A DNA stretch of 63,946 nt, counting the filler, from Folioceros fuciformis (Eukaryota): NCBI GenBank assembly GCA_049999805.1. It is 8 parts of 8 records of this genome, joined end to end, with 100 filler letters (N's around TTAATTAATTAA, not from the genome) between each part and the next. Parts side by side here need not be neighbours in the genome. Positions count along the whole stretch, not along the records: positions 36,845 to 42,538 come from JBNGIO010003392.1; positions 42,639 to 48,544 come from JBNGIO010003394.1; positions 48,645 to 59,050 come from JBNGIO010003396.1; 5 more parts are not named here. One strand, written 5' to 3'. The translations under genes and the position numbers were made by a program. Shown here in pieces: positions 37,266 through 50,227 of this stretch. Position 1 is the first letter of the stretch; each line of letters starts with the position of its first letter. The notes under the pieces were generated by a model that worked only from the letters and a program-made list of their open reading frames with translations, was not told the origin of the DNA and searched no databases.

Positions 37266-38429
37266 ATGGAATCCAGCACGTCTGACGAAGTTCGGGAAGA
37301 CTGCGTGCTATTTCTGCTGCTGAAGGCCGATCCGAAGCAGCCTTCCCTCGAGAGGAGCGCGGAAATGGATCCAAATGTATGGAGCCAACTTCCCGACAAT
37401 TTGTTGGAGGAGGTGGTAAGACGTCTGCAGACCCCATCCCATTTCAGATTTCGCGCAGTCTCCAAAGCGTGGGCAGCACTGCTCTCTTCTCCCGAGTTTC
37501 TGCGCCGCACCACAGCAGGCTGCCATCCGCCCCGCAGCCTGTCCATTTGTGGATCTATAGTGAGCCTGTCTAAGGATGTGGTGAGACCTGGGAACGTTCG
37601 CAAACTCCGGCTCCCTTACTCTCCCAATCTTTACCCTTGCTGTACAGGGGGAGGACTCATTTGCTTCCGCAGTACGTCTTCCAGTTTCCAGCTGCATGTT
37701 TGCAATCCTCTAATAAGGACGTGGAGGCAACTCCCAGAGTATGAAACCCCTTATCACTGTGTCACCAGGACCACTTTGGTTTACAACAGGGATCTCAAGA
37801 CATACAAGATTCAGGTCACTTGTCGAAAGGAAGGAGCACATGAAAATGATTGGGCCATTTGCATCTACGACTCTAGCCAAGATTCTTGGAAGACAGTGCC
37901 ATTGCAACCATGCCGGGGCATGGAGTTCGCCCACGTATTCTGCAACGGGATGATTTATTGTATTGACTCTCAGTTGATGTTGTGGTCCCATGACATAACC
38001 GAGGGGGTTTGGAGGCAACTCTCAGTTCAGCGGCCAGCCAATGTGTTTGAAAGGCATATCTCTCTTGAGGAGCACTGCGGTTCTCTCTTGCTGGTTGGCT
38101 TTCTGAGCAACTCCCTCACCAGCTATGCAATATGGAAGTTGGAGGAAAGTCAAGGGGCTTGGATTGAGGTGGCTGTGCTACACAAAGAGCAAATGATGGA
38201 CCTCTTCGTTCCTTCTGCTGAGCGTGAACAATACTGGAACTCCATATCACTGGGGGATTGCTTTTTCCTGCATATTTGGATCAGTCTCCCCAGAAGTCGC
38301 AGCAAGGGCATGTTAGTCTTCAACTTTGAGCAAAGCTTATGGCTGGCTTGGGCGATTGATTTCGGAGAAAAGAGTACGAGCCTCCGCTTCTTTTACCCTT
38401 GCGATCCGAGGCTGGACCAAGTTCCATGA
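37266..38429 (+). CDS. F-box/kelch-type protein, intronless
   Basis: MDPNVWSQLPDNLLEEVVRRL...FRFRAVSKAW, GGLICF, VCNPLIRTWRQLP, IYDS..DSW and a terminal DPRLD. Confidence 0.9.
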   Translation: MESSTSDEVREDCVLFLLLKADPKQPSLERSAEMDPNVWSQLPDNLLEEVVRRLQTPSHFRFRAVSKAWAALLSSPEFLRRTTAGCHPPRSLSICGSIVSLSKDVVRPGNVRKLRLPYSPNLYPCCTGGGLICFRSTSSSFQLHVCNPLIRTWRQLPEYETPYHCVTRTTLVYNRDLKTYKIQVTCRKEGAHENDWAICIYDSSQDSWKTVPLQPCRGMEFAHVFCNGMIYCIDSQLMLWSHDITEGVWRQLSVQRPANVFERHISLEEHCGSLLLVGFLSNSLTSYAIWKLEESQGAWIEVAVLHKEQMMDLFVPSAEREQYWNSISLGDCFFLHIWISLPRSRSKGMLVFNFEQSLWLAWAIDFGEKSTSLRFFYPCDPRLDQVP

Positions 38430-39076
38430 GTGGGGTTATTCACTGGAAGCATTGGCTGCAGGTGGATGGGGTTCGATATGGCCGAGAGTGTGCGCCTACC
38501 CTGCCATCGTAGGCTATGTTAACATTCTTTCCTCATATCTTGTAAATACTGTGAAACCACTAGGTACAGAAGGCGTGGTTACTTTGTGCAAGGAAGGGCA
38601 AGGATGCGCTCTGCGCTTCAGCGTCGGTGGACTCAGAGAAGACCTATGAAAGCGACTGGTCGCTTTTTTGTGGACAAGCACCAGATGAGCAGCAGAAGCT
38701 CCTGGAACCGGAAGGTTTCCAGACTCACATCACTCAATTGTACAGAATTTCACACTTATCAATGAGAATCATACTTATCACTATCCTACAGTATCATGGT
38801 AGAACAACAGCCATCAGGATGCGCCGTTCGGTTTTCCTGCCATAAGAACAGCAGGTGAGGCACAAGAGAGTGATGGTTTGCAATACCGAATTGCCATTAG
38901 TAGGCACTCGGGCAGCTAGTAAACACTACAGACTCCAATGTGACACTGCTAGAGGAGGATATCAAACTTGTTCGTGAGAATGTTGCATTGGCTGTGTTCC
39001 AACACACCATAGATGACATTTTCTTTCGAATCAAACTTGAAACTCATTTTTTTGCAGAGAACAAGACGGCAAATGA

Positions 39077-40779
39077 TCATTTCTCGCTGTCGTGAACGTC
39101 AAAACCAGCACCAGTCCATGCATCCTCGAGAGCTCTGTGCCTGGACTGTACAAGTACACCCTTCGCTCGTCCAACTCCACGTCCACGGCCCTTGATTGAC
39201 ACATGTTGTCCAGGGCTGACTCTCTTTCCAGATCCTGGTGAGTTGACAGGGCTGTCGAAGGCCGACGGTTCTTGAGGGTCATGGGGGGTAGATTCTCCCG
39301 TGGCAGTATCGCCATCCAGTGGAGTGTTTGCATTTCCAGATCCATTTCCTTGAAGGGTATTCCTCGATTTAACATCAACTTCCCCCTGCGAATGTGGTAA
39401 TATGCAGCACTGAGTCAGCTCCTGAACGTCACCGAAGTCATGTTGGGCACTGCCGACAAAGGCCCTCCTTATGAATCTACTGAATAGAGCATGCGACTCT
39501 GGAGGACCGACTCATTTCACTTGATCCTGCAAGTGATTTCGTTTCTCATGAGAGTCATGAGAAGACTATTAAGCAGGCACACCTATCCGAGAAGAAGAGA
39601 AACTGGCTCTAACCGTACTCTTGCTGTTGTCCTGCGCCACCTGCTCAGTGGCCACGACACGAGGCTGGATGCCGTTGCCAAAGATCTGCTCCGTAGCCCC
39701 ACCTAGACCCGGGTTCAAAGCCTCGAGCCTTCTAGTGAGATCTTCTAATCTCGAATACTGAGCCGCGGCACTTTCTTGTACCTGAGAAAGGAAAAAAATC
39801 ACATCATCAGCAGTGTCCAATGACACGAACTTAAAAGGACAAGAAAGGGATGAAGGGGAAGTACCAGACGGTTGAGATCACCGCAGAGGGTAGCTTTGTA
39901 GAGCTCCTCGTCTTGCAGTACTTTGGCTGCTGCTTCCCAGGCCTGTGACAGCAGAGTGGCTTAACCTGAATTTCCACTCTGAGCTCTCAACTGGTTATCA
40001 CTGCAAATTTCACAAAAGACACTTGCCTTCTTAGCCTGTGTTTCTTTCAATTTTGCTGCTTTGATTCTGTCGGCAGATTGCTCTATCTTCTTGCGCATAT
40101 GCTCAAGAGCTGGCAGTGGGTCACATTCCACCAGACTGTCAGACATTACAGCAGGCTGCCAATTTGCAGTGGAAACATCAAGTCGTTTCAACAAAACGCA
40201 CCTGCTTTCTTGGGCCCAGCTGTAAGCTTGACTTCCATAGCCAAACCCGACAGCTCTCTCTCCACATCTCGAATCTTCGAGTAGTTATCCTGAATATATC
40301 TGGCAAACCGTTCATCAGGTGGGCACTCAGATCTCATCCGACACCTTGACTTGGCCAGGACTTGTTGGGCCAACCAGAACTTACTTTCTTAGTTGCTGCT
40401 CCTTCTCTTCCAGAATCTGCCAGGGAACAGCAACTGAGCTAGGCCTTTCTGGATAAAACAATCTAAGTAGCACACCACACTTCCCATCAAGCACGATCTG
40501 CAACAGCAAGCCACAAAGGGGGAGCGATCGCAAGTAAAGCACGAAAAACCTACTCTACCGCCGGGACAGCAGAACTGGTAGCTCTCAAAATCTTGAACCG
40601 CGCAAAGACATCGTTTTCTCATACACGTCACACACCTCCAGAATCATGGGCATCACTCACAGCACTTGCAACGCAATGCAGAGCAGGGAACCCACCTTCT
40701 CGGTCAAGGCGATGATCGGAGGCTCCGTGGCGATGCCATCCGCGCCCATTCCCGGCTCTAGCCCCGGGTTGGAGCCCAT
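39077..40779 (-). CDS. DUF662 / RAB6-interacting golgin (GORAB)-like coiled-coil protein, multi-exon
   Basis: YIQDNYSKIRDVERELSGLAMEVKLTAGPKKA|ALEHMRKKIE...|AWEAAAKVLQDEE...LCGDLNRL|VQES...LEALNP. The last exon ends WTGAGFDVHDSEK*. The junction into the last exon is not fully resolved. Confidence 0.85.
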
Positions 40780-42240
40780 CGCCCCCAGGTCCTCCTCCCT
40801 CCGACCCCAACCAGAATGAATCAGTTGAGTAGAAGCATCGGCACGAGGTACACGCCGCAGTCTGTCATTACGAGAAACTGTGCGGGCCGCCCGGAAGAAG
40901 AATGTCGCGCAGTCAGCTTAGGCAAAGCGTTGCCTGTTAACTTAACCCTGGAACCGAGAACAGAGGAAGGAAGATCCCGAGCCCCCCGATCGAGCTCGTC
41001 CCACTGTCAGCGGATTTTGACCTCAGTTGCTTTGCTGGGAGTGGCATGCGATCCGACTCCTACTCCGGCTCACTTCGAACGAACAGGCTAGGTCGTGCGG
41101 TTACGATAGGTCTCCGGTTGGGTGCAATTCGAATTTGGAACACTGAGCTGCAGCAATTTGAGCAATCCGTGCATTTTGTGAACAGCCTTGAGTTTGAGCA
41201 CTCACAAGCGTAGATGCCTCCGGCTCGGTCCGTCAAGGTAAAGCTCTGCCGAGAGAAGACCTGTGGGGGGTTTCATCGAGGGCTTCATGATGTCGTGAAC
41301 AAGTTCAAGCGTGAGTTTCATTTGGGGACGGAAGTGGTAGACTATGGTTGTTCTTGTATAAAAGGTTTAGACGTTGCGATGACACTTCGCGTCCAGGGTT
41401 TTAGGGCGACTCGGAAGCTGAGCGCTACGAGCTTCCACTGGTATCGATCCACAAGGGCGACCCTGAGTCATAACAAGCTTCTGGTGTGCAATGGTTTAGA
41501 GCTGACCAATGAGTTTCCTGGAGTCAGGCTACTAGATTTGAGCATCATCTTGTCGTCGGGTATCAATCAGCAAATGACACTTCTGCATCTTCCGAAGATG
41601 CAGAAACCTTTGGGTGAAACCCTGAACCGAAATGTGCATGTGTCCACCCACCCAGAGCGCAAGCATCTCTGCAAAAAATTGCAATGCAAACAAGCCAGCG
41701 TGGTGTCTCCATCACCTAAGCTTACTAAACCTAAGCTTCGTAAACCTAAGCTTACTTCCCAGGAGCAGCACTCGCGAGCGGGTAGAGTAGCCAGCGTCTG
41801 TGTGAAAGAAGGGGTGGGGAGCAACTGGCAGAAACGGGAATATGGTACAAGAAAACTACCTACCGTCTACAGTATTTATACAGTCGAGCCATCGAGTTTG
41901 TGCGTTACGCTACGCTATGCTACGCNNNNNNNNNNNNNNNNNNNNNNNNNNNNNNNNNNNNNNNNNNNNNNNNNNNNNNNNNNNNNNNNNNNNNNNNNNN
42001 NNNNNNNNNNNNNNNNNNNNNNNNNATGCTACGCCACGCACTGCTCACTGCCCACCGTGTGGGGCAAGCTACTACCTTACCCCCCGCCCCAACGGCTCCC
42101 TGTGATAATTATATCAGCCAAGACTGTTTGTTAGCAAGCCCTGCAGGTCTGTCTGCCTCTTCTGTGGCTGTGTCTGTCCTTTTTCGTGCCAGTTGCTCAC
42201 CACCCCCATCCCGTGGCATCGCATCGCCTCGCAGTTCAAA

Positions 42241-42385
42241 TCACGCTCTTCCCCGTCTGCTCCTTGTCGATACTCCTCCAGGGGTAGCAGCACCGGTTGA
42301 CGCTAAGGCTACTGCAGCTGCCTCCACCTTCTCCCACTCGAAACGGCCCGGAAGTGGCACCTCGTTCACGGGATCAAAATTGTAC
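42241..42385 (-). CDS. KRP: Last exon of a KRP/ICK cyclin-dependent kinase inhibitor (5' part lost at scaffold end)
   Basis: After a tgcag acceptor the exon reads YNFDPVNEVPLPGRFEWEKV, the plant CDI cyclin/CDK-binding signature. Confidence 0.85.
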
Positions 42386-42538
42386 CTGCACGAACGCACG
42401 TCCGCAAGTGGCAAGGCAACGTTCACACCATGGAAGTGCAAAGGGCCTGCCAGGGGCAGTGCAAGCAGAAGTGGGAACGGAAACGGAAGTGGAAACAGAA
42501 GAACCGAATGGCGAGACTGACAACTGACCACTGCCCGA

Positions 42539-42638
42539 NNNNNNNNNNNNNNNNNNNNNNNNNNNNNNNNNNNNNNNNNNNNTTAATTAATTAANNNNNN
42601 NNNNNNNNNNNNNNNNNNNNNNNNNNNNNNNNNNNNNN
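42539..42638. other. Artificial scaffold-joining spacer
   Basis: N(44)-TTAATTAATTAA-N(44). Confidence 0.97.
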
Positions 42639-43187
42639 CTTCATTTCTTGTTATCATAATCCAACTCACCCTAATCATAATACTCATGTAATTAATATAA
42701 TATAATACTTATAAAACTTTCACTAATATGTACTTTGGAGGAGAAAAATTAAAAGATGTCATCATAAAGAAGGAGACCTGGTAACACACCATGATGCACT
42801 ATGTATCTTATTTCATTTAAAAAAATTATTATTCATTTTTTTTTCCTTTTTTTATTGTTAAAAAAGAAATAAAAAGTTCCCATTTTAATTCATGCCAAAA
42901 GATAAAGAGGAACAACCCCAGCATAGCTAAAGGTCAAAAGGGTACTAGCCCCTTTGACTTTGAAAAAAAATGGCAGGATTGAGTCCATAATACATATATA
43001 GATAAAATGTGTGGAGACAAGCACATATATGAAAAGTATAGTTTCTAGCTGCAAGTCAAGTACAAATTAAACAAAGAGACTGTGAAAAGAAAAATAAAAG
43101 AAAAGAAAAGGTAAAAAAACATGGAGACTCATTAGAACGCGTGGCAAATGTGTATCTCACTCCATATGGACGAGGACGAGGACGAGG

Positions 43188-43335
43188 ATGTGACGGGACA
43201 GACCTAACCTAAAGCGAAAAAGAGAAGAACTCAGATAAGATTCTACACGAATGGGGTGAGTATGTGACGGGACGGACCTGACCTAAAGCGACAAAGAGAA
43301 GAAAGCAGATAAGATTCTACACAAATGGGGTGAGT
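43188..43335. repeat. Tandem duplication, 74 bp x 2
   Basis: atgtgacgggac...gataagattctacac.aatggggtgagt starts at 43188 and 43262. Confidence 0.9.
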
Positions 43336-44139
43336 GCCAGACCCCACCAGGCTACACTAGGACACAGAAACATAAGATTCTTTTACATAAATAGGGAAAG
43401 TGCGCACGAACATGGACCTACACCTTGATCTCCACCTTGACGTCAACCTCGACGACGTCGACCTCAATCGGACCCAACCTATCCTGTTGATCTTCAAGGA
43501 CACCAATGTAGGGTTTACATTACTTAAGAAGTACATACATACCACGTCGTATGTATTTTTCATGCATGTGTAGTGAAAATGACATCTATGAGAGTATCAC
43601 TATGTGTACCGGACGTAAGCACATATGGATTCCATATGTGCTTACTATGTACAACTTTTACATGTATGTAGTAAAGATGATATCTTATAGTCTGGAACCA
43701 CTATACATCATCATGAACCAAAGTTGAACCAAGTGACCAATTACAACATCAACTCAATGATGTGAGAATAATGTTAATTAACAACCCACAACAATAATTT
43801 CACATTGGTTGTGCTGCCACGATAGAAATATATCATTATTTATTATAAACAAGATCATAATTGCATCCATCGAAATACCTTAATATTGTAAAACTTTTAT
43901 GTACTTTGATATATAATATATTTTTATTGGATATATATATATTACAGTTTATCTTTTTTAGCTGAAAATTTCTTTTGAAAATAAGGATATGTATAGATAT
44001 ATTATTATGTATGTTAGAGCCGTACAATGAAATGACTTTGCTCTGCCGTCGTCTCACAAGCAAATCCCCTGAAAAAAAACACACACACACACATCGGGGG
44101 GCGAGTACCCAAGTACCACTGAGCGAAACGGAAGAACAA

Positions 44140-44358
44140 GCCAAGCCCGAGGCGAAGCCTAAGCCTAAGCCCAAGCCCAAGCCCAAGCCNNNNNNNNNNN
44201 NNNNNNNNNNNNNNNNNNNNNNNNNNNNNNNNNNNNNNNNNNNNNNNNNNNNNNNNNNNNNNNNNNNNNNNNNNNNNNNNNNNNNNNNNAAGCCCAAGCC
44301 CAAGCCCAAGCCCAAGCCCAAGCCCAAGCCCAAGCCCAAGCCCAAGCCCAAGCCCAAG
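44140..44358. repeat. (AAGCCC)n microsatellite spanning an N-gap
   Basis: Perfect hexamer runs on both sides of the gap. Confidence 0.95.
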
Positions 44359-45337
44359 GTTTAGTCACAGACGGTAGGGTGAAGGGTGGCCACCACCGTG
44401 AAAGGAGGCAATGAAGGTGCAGAAGTCGCAGTTGCCGCCTCCTGCCTCGAGCCCAGGCCTTTTTTCTCTCTCTCGACTGGCTAGCTACCTCCTTCTCGCC
44501 ATTCGACACCATTCGCCTCGCCCGGAGGCCTGCTCCTGCCCCTGCTCCTTGCTCCCTTCGGCTGCCCCGCCTCCTCTGCCTTTAACTGCGTGCGCGCCTG
44601 CCCTCCTGCTCTGTGCCTCTGTCTCTGCCACATCTGCTTCCAGCACCAGCATTGTCTAGCTTCGCCTTGCTGTTTGCATCTCCCTCTTTTCCTCAAAGCT
44701 TCTCGCGTAGCGCTTGCGGAACGCGGACCTGCGTCGACCCGGCCCTGCTTCAGTACCTACCTGTGGGGTGAGTATCTCAGTCTCCGTCTGCTTCTCTCGT
44801 TTCCTTGCGCATCTGCCAATTTCTCGTCTCCGCTGCCGGCTCTTCAACCGCCTCCGGATCTGCCACAAATTTTTAATCCTGTCCCCTCACTTGTCCGCTG
44901 CTTGCAATGTGTGCTCCTTCGGCCCTCTGCTCTCGTACGCGTCCATGATTCCCGCGCTGCCGCCTCTGCGTCGCGCGCTCCAATTTGTGCCCCTGCGCTT
45001 GGCCCTCGTGCCTTGCCTTCCCGCTCGTCACCACCTCTCCTCTGCTGCTCCACTCCTTCTTTTCGATGCCACCATTGCGGTTCTCTCCTTTTTCTTGTTT
45101 GTTTGTTTGTTTGTTTTTTTTTTTGGGGTCTTCGGAAGGGGGTGTGGAATGCACCAACCCCGTGCTCTCCGTCTGCAGCGGCCCCTCTCGGACTTTCGAT
45201 CTGACAGCATGGCTCCCCGCTTCTTTGGCCGCGCCTCTGCAGGTCCACTGCACCTTGCTCGCAGAGCCTCTGGTCTCTGCGTCCTCGCAGCACAGCACTT
45301 CCTTTCGGGAGAATTGGTAATCTGTCACCGCAACGCT

Positions 45338-46546
45338 ATGGCTCGCAGAAAGAGATCAACGAAGAAGAAAGTAGGCAACCGTGACCATAAGCATGCTGAC
45401 TGCACAGGCGCGGAGGAGCCTCCAATGGACGAGAGATTATGGAGTAATCTTCCCAAAGATTTACTGGAGAGAGTCATCTCTCGCCTACCTCTGCATGTCC
45501 TGTTTCAGGCTCGCACTATCTCCAAAGCCTGGAATCAGACTATTCTCTCTCCCAGCTTCGTCAAGACTTCTGTCGAGGCTCCCACCCGCGGCTCTTATGT
45601 CCCCATGTACATATCCAGAGGGGCTGAGAGGGAGTGCCTCGCTTACGACTTCACTCTCAACAGATGGCAGAAGCTGCCATCATTGTCGTTCCTTCCTCGC
45701 CAGGTTGCCTCATACTGGGTCTCCACTGGAGCTGGTGGCCTTCTCTGCTTCAACTATGTGTCCGAGACCTTGAACCATGAAGGCCAGATTGTCTGCAACC
45801 CCCTCACAGGGATGTGGAGGGAGTTGCCCAGGATGGTTCCAGATCCTGGAATGTCTCCTCTGGTTTTCCATATGCTTGTGGAGCGATCGTCCAACTCGTA
45901 CAAGGTCATTGTCTCTCCGGACACTCAAAGTCAGAACCCCTATCAAGTGCTCAATTCTACCCTGTCCAACACGCAAGTGTATGACTCCAAGCTTGGCGTT
46001 TGGACCATAACTGGGAGGCCCCCTTTCCGACTCAGCTATCATCACGGGAGTGCTTATTGCAACGGCTATCTCTACTGTGTGGCGGTTGACAACAAGATTC
46101 AGTCGTTGCCCCTGGGAGTGGTGTCTTACGATACCAGAACTGGAACCTGGAGTGATGTTGTGGCCACCGTCCCCAAAGGTTTCCAGATTCTCAAGATCAT
46201 GGAGTGCGGATCCAATGTTTTCCTTGTCACAGACCTGCACGCGAAGGTTAACAAGTTTGTCAGCATTCACATCTTCAAAAGGGACCCAGCTACTTGCGAA
46301 TTCCTTCCTTTTGCAGAAATGCCACAGAAATTGTTCTTACAGTCTAAGTTCGACAAGGAGTTCTATGATTGTGTCGGCGAAGACTATACTATATGCTTCA
46401 CTAATTTCAAGCGCCAGCCTACGCCTGTCTACAACCTGGCCCGAAACACGTGGAGTAACTTACCCAGTCGTCCTTACTTGGGGAATGGCGATGTCTATGA
46501 TCTCTTTCGGTTCTGTTTCCAGCCCAGCCTGAATGCCCGGGTATGA
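45338..46546 (+). CDS. F-box/kelch-type protein, intronless CDS
   Basis: Basic N-terminus MARRKRSTKKK, F-box MDERLWSNLPKDLLERVISRLP, GAGGLLCF, VCNPLTGMWRELP, VYDSKLGVW and a terminal FQPSLNARV. Confidence 0.92.
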   Translation: MARRKRSTKKKVGNRDHKHADCTGAEEPPMDERLWSNLPKDLLERVISRLPLHVLFQARTISKAWNQTILSPSFVKTSVEAPTRGSYVPMYISRGAERECLAYDFTLNRWQKLPSLSFLPRQVASYWVSTGAGGLLCFNYVSETLNHEGQIVCNPLTGMWRELPRMVPDPGMSPLVFHMLVERSSNSYKVIVSPDTQSQNPYQVLNSTLSNTQVYDSKLGVWTITGRPPFRLSYHHGSAYCNGYLYCVAVDNKIQSLPLGVVSYDTRTGTWSDVVATVPKGFQILKIMECGSNVFLVTDLHAKVNKFVSIHIFKRDPATCEFLPFAEMPQKLFLQSKFDKEFYDCVGEDYTICFTNFKRQPTPVYNLARNTWSNLPSRPYLGNGDVYDLFRFCFQPSLNARV

Positions 46547-48544
46547 CAGTAAAACAAGCAAGTTTGCACTACTTTCGCTCCTTTTCCCATTTCCGGGTCA
46601 TTAGCTTCGACTCTATGTACAGCTGGCCTATTTGTACCATGGGGAGTTCTGTGTTTGTGATACACATTGTGGCGGCAATCGTCCTGCTCACACACACTAG
46701 CGAACCTGGATACAGCCGGCTCTTGGGAGTCTTCTATGCAATAGCTTCAGGGATTGTCTTTCTCTTCTTGAGAGCAGCTATTTTTGCCTCTCGTAGATAG
46801 TCAAATTTTTTTGGACTCTCTCCGTCCATAGCTGCGGTAGCGAGTTTCCACCACCAGGCTAGCGAGTTTCCACCACCAGGCGATATTGGTGCAAAGAGTG
46901 GAAAGCAGGAGACTGACACAGACCGTCTTCCATGCGTCTCACTGTGGGAGTAACTTCTCTGTTCCTCACTGTAGGCGCAATGTTTCTACTGCCACGTTCA
47001 CATGCATTCTAGAGTTGTGTAAAAGTAGTTAATGAAGACTGACGGTTATTTTCCTTCCAGATAACCTTTGAATTAGGTGTGAGAGGCCATCTAGGGTACC
47101 TGTTTCGAACATGCCGGATACATACATACATAATCAGACTGTTCTCTACAGTCGGCATGGTTTGTCAAGCTCGTCCAGTTTGTGATGGCGGGAAGCATGC
47201 TGCCATAATCTCTTTTTCAATAATTTTTTTCCAGTAATAGAAAATAGTTTATAATAATAATAAAATATTTCTTATTACCAATGTTTAATGATAATGATGA
47301 TCAATATATAGAAGTCATGGCATATATATATATATACAGCTTATGAAGATTACCAATGTTGATGTATGGGAGTGTGCACATATGAGCATCCACATTCTAA
47401 AAAAGCAAACAACAACGTGTTTGAAGAAAGGGGTTTCTAAGTTGAAAGGAGTTTATGCAAAATGCCAATAATTTTCTATTATTTTGGTTTTGTTTTTACA
47501 TATTTTTATAGGCCCTTGAAGTAGTCTTTTATTCATTTGGAGAGAGGATTATCGCTGGTTGCCAAAACTACACCTGATGTAAAAGTTGAAAATTAGTAAG
47601 GATGAATAAATCCAGAACTTTCAATTTATAGTAATTTTAGCATATTATATTTATGAAAAAAATATATGTTTTATAAAATTTACAATTTGAAAGTGCCATG
47701 AACGAGTGTACACCAATGATATTGCCTTAAAGCCTACCATCATTCACATGGATGTTCCTTTTTTATTTCCCAAAAATAAGGTTCTTTATAAGTGCATAAG
47801 TGTTATGAAAGGCCTAAGAGGAGATCATGGCACTCAACGTGCCAGCCCTTGAGTTCCTAGCTCAATGATTAGGCCTAGGTGTTGGCATGCCAATGCGCTA
47901 CCCTCAAAGTCCCTTGATGCATGGGATCCTTTTTTGCCTCCTCCTTACCTTTGGCTTAAAGCTAAGGGGACAAGTAGAAAGTTTCTACTTATCTACCCAA
48001 CTTCCTTTATATCGAGGGAGAAACCACTCTACCTACAGTCTTTTGGGAATATTTTTTTTGCAAGTTGCCACTTTCATTCTCCCATGATTGGTATTTAGGT
48101 TGTATACAACAATAGGCTCTATCATGAAGTCCTTATGTTCCAAGGATTTGGGATAGTTCAAATCACAAGGGAAGTCTAGCTAGTTCTTATGTGCCTTGAT
48201 TTATAGCTCATCATCAAACTATCCAGGTCTCAAGTAATCTAGCATAGTAACCAAAACCCTGCCGGAGAGTGATCTGCCATGGGCCAAGAAGATCCTTGGG
48301 TACAAAAAGAACCGCCAAGGCTGTATTTTATCACTCTCTGTATTTTAAACTACTAATCCCCTGTTGTTTGATTATTTTGAGAGGAACCCTGATACCTACG
48401 ATCGTCTACAAGACCCTTAGTAGAGTCCTTCTCAATTATTAGGAAAACTCATTGTGACGGAGTCTCAAGCATCTAACATTAAGAAAAATGCTAAGCATGC
48501 AAGAGGCTTTGGGGCACACAAGTGAAGGTGCAAAATACTCAACT

Positions 48545-48644
48545 NNNNNNNNNNNNNNNNNNNNNNNNNNNNNNNNNNNNNNNNNNNNTTAATTAATTAA
48601 NNNNNNNNNNNNNNNNNNNNNNNNNNNNNNNNNNNNNNNNNNNN
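48545..48644. other. Artificial scaffold-joining spacer
   Basis: N(44)-TTAATTAATTAA-N(44). Confidence 0.97.
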
Positions 48645-48679
48645 GCTTAAGTTTTAAGTTAGGATGCTAATTTTGCCTC

Positions 48680-48780
48680 TACCTCAAGTGGATATTCAAA
48701 TTTAAGCACAAGGCGATGGCAGCATAAAGTGCCACAAAGATTGACATTGTAGAGACACTTTGAGTTAGGAGTCATTTCTT
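48680..48780 (+). mobile_element. Short decayed Copia RT fragment
   Basis: aagtggatattcaaatttaagcacaaggcgatggcagcataaagtgccacaaag resembles KWIFK.K...DGSI...K with a frameshift. Confidence 0.5.
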
Positions 48781-48993
48781 GGTGACTCAACCTTAACTTT
48801 AGAGAAACATACAAAGTTTAACAAGATGCTAGGATTAAGTAAGACTTCTATGTTATTGATGTGTGGAGTGGAGTGTTAAAAGCCCCTAGGGTTTGTGCAA
48901 CACATATAAACTAGAACCTACACAATACATCTTATAGCTATATAGAATAATGCCCAAGCTTAGTTTTGTTCAAATAGGATCATGGAAGGGCTG

Positions 48994-49076
48994 CTAGAAG
49001 GATTGCTCAATCACAGTACACTAGAAGGATTGCTCAGTCATAGTACACTAGAAGGATTGCTCAGTCATAGTACACT
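48994..49076. repeat. Tandem repeat, 27 bp x 3
   Basis: ctagaaggattgctcagtcatagtaca at 48994, 49021 and 49048. Confidence 0.9.
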
Positions 49077-49482
49077 GGTGACTAAGGCACAAAATACAAA
49101 AATGAGCTAAATTGGAGAATAGGTGACTTCACTATTTCATATTGACATTCAAAAGACTAGACTTAATACATCACACGTTGTGTATCACTAAATGATAGCC
49201 CATCTAAATAATCACATGTTGTGTATCACTATATGACAACTCATTTAATTACCAGCATGTGATCTATATCATGCCTTGTTAAATGAGATATCCACTTGTA
49301 TGCTGCTTTTGCACTCAGCAATGGTGACAAGAGTGTTAGAAACCCTAGGCCTATTCGTACAATCAAGCTCCAACTCATTTAATAGAGAGCTTTCTTCTTG
49401 ACTTAACTAACATTATGCTCCAATTGTGAACCATGCATGCACAACCCCAATCATGAACCATTCATATAGAACTGAAGACCCA

Positions 49483-49850
49483 CCTATGCACGATAGAATG
49501 GACATTCATAGCTAAATCATACAAACATCAAACACTTGAATCATACAAACATCAAACACTTNNNNNNNNNNACACTTGAATCATACAAACATCAAACACT
49601 TGAATCATACAAACATCAGACATAATGATAGTGCCGCACTAGTATTCTCCTTGCTCCTATGCAGGATAGAATGATATTCACAGCTGAATCATACAAACAT
49701 CATACATTGCAAGATCATAATGATAGTGCCGTACTAGTATTCTCCCCCCTTCTATGCACAATAGAATGGACATTTATAGTTGAATCATACAAACATCAGA
49801 CATTGCAAGATCATAATGATAGTGCCGCACTACTTTTCTCTCCCCCCTTC
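49483..49850. repeat. About 95-bp tandem repeat x 3, with a nested 24-bp expansion in the first unit
   Basis: Units read ctatgca..atagaatg...aatcatacaaacatc...cataatgatagtgccg.acta...tctcc. The first unit repeats aatcatacaaacatcaaacacttg around a small gap. Confidence 0.85.
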
Positions 49851-50227
49851 ATCTTGTCCACAAATGAAGTGGGCCTCTGAAAAGTACCAAATCAATCCAA
49901 GAGAGCACTACCATAGCTTTTTGTAAGGTGTGGCAATCATGCATGATGACCTCCTTCCAAGTGGTAAACTTTAAACCTCATACATATTTGTCTTATATCT
50001 TAGACTGATTCATTGTGGGCCAACAGGAAATATTGGAATTCTTTGTTGTACTCAACCACCAACTACACCTGAGCATTATATGAGTGTGGAGAGCTTGTCT
50101 CAAGCAATCTTTTGAGCTTCCCTTGGTTTAAAGCTAACAACTTGCCTTGGTTCAAAGGTAACAAAGAAGTCCAAAGTATTCGAGAAGTCATGCCCCACAC
50201 CAACTTGCACTTGCAATTGTTAATGCC

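Noticed and set aside
41214-42134. 306-aa ORF with PKLTKPKLRKPKLT
   Set aside because: It crosses an N-gap and a (GCTAC)n microsatellite, the motif comes from a short cctaagctt repeat, and it lies just downstream of and antisense to KRP.
43836-44512. Poly-GL, poly-PK and poly-WA ORFs
   Set aside because: These are translations of the (AAGCCC)n microsatellite and an N-gap.
44714-45337. N-terminal 208 aa of the 610-aa F-box ORF
   Set aside because: This is pyrimidine-rich 5' UTR/intron-like sequence with a non-ATG start. The credible start is ATG 45338.
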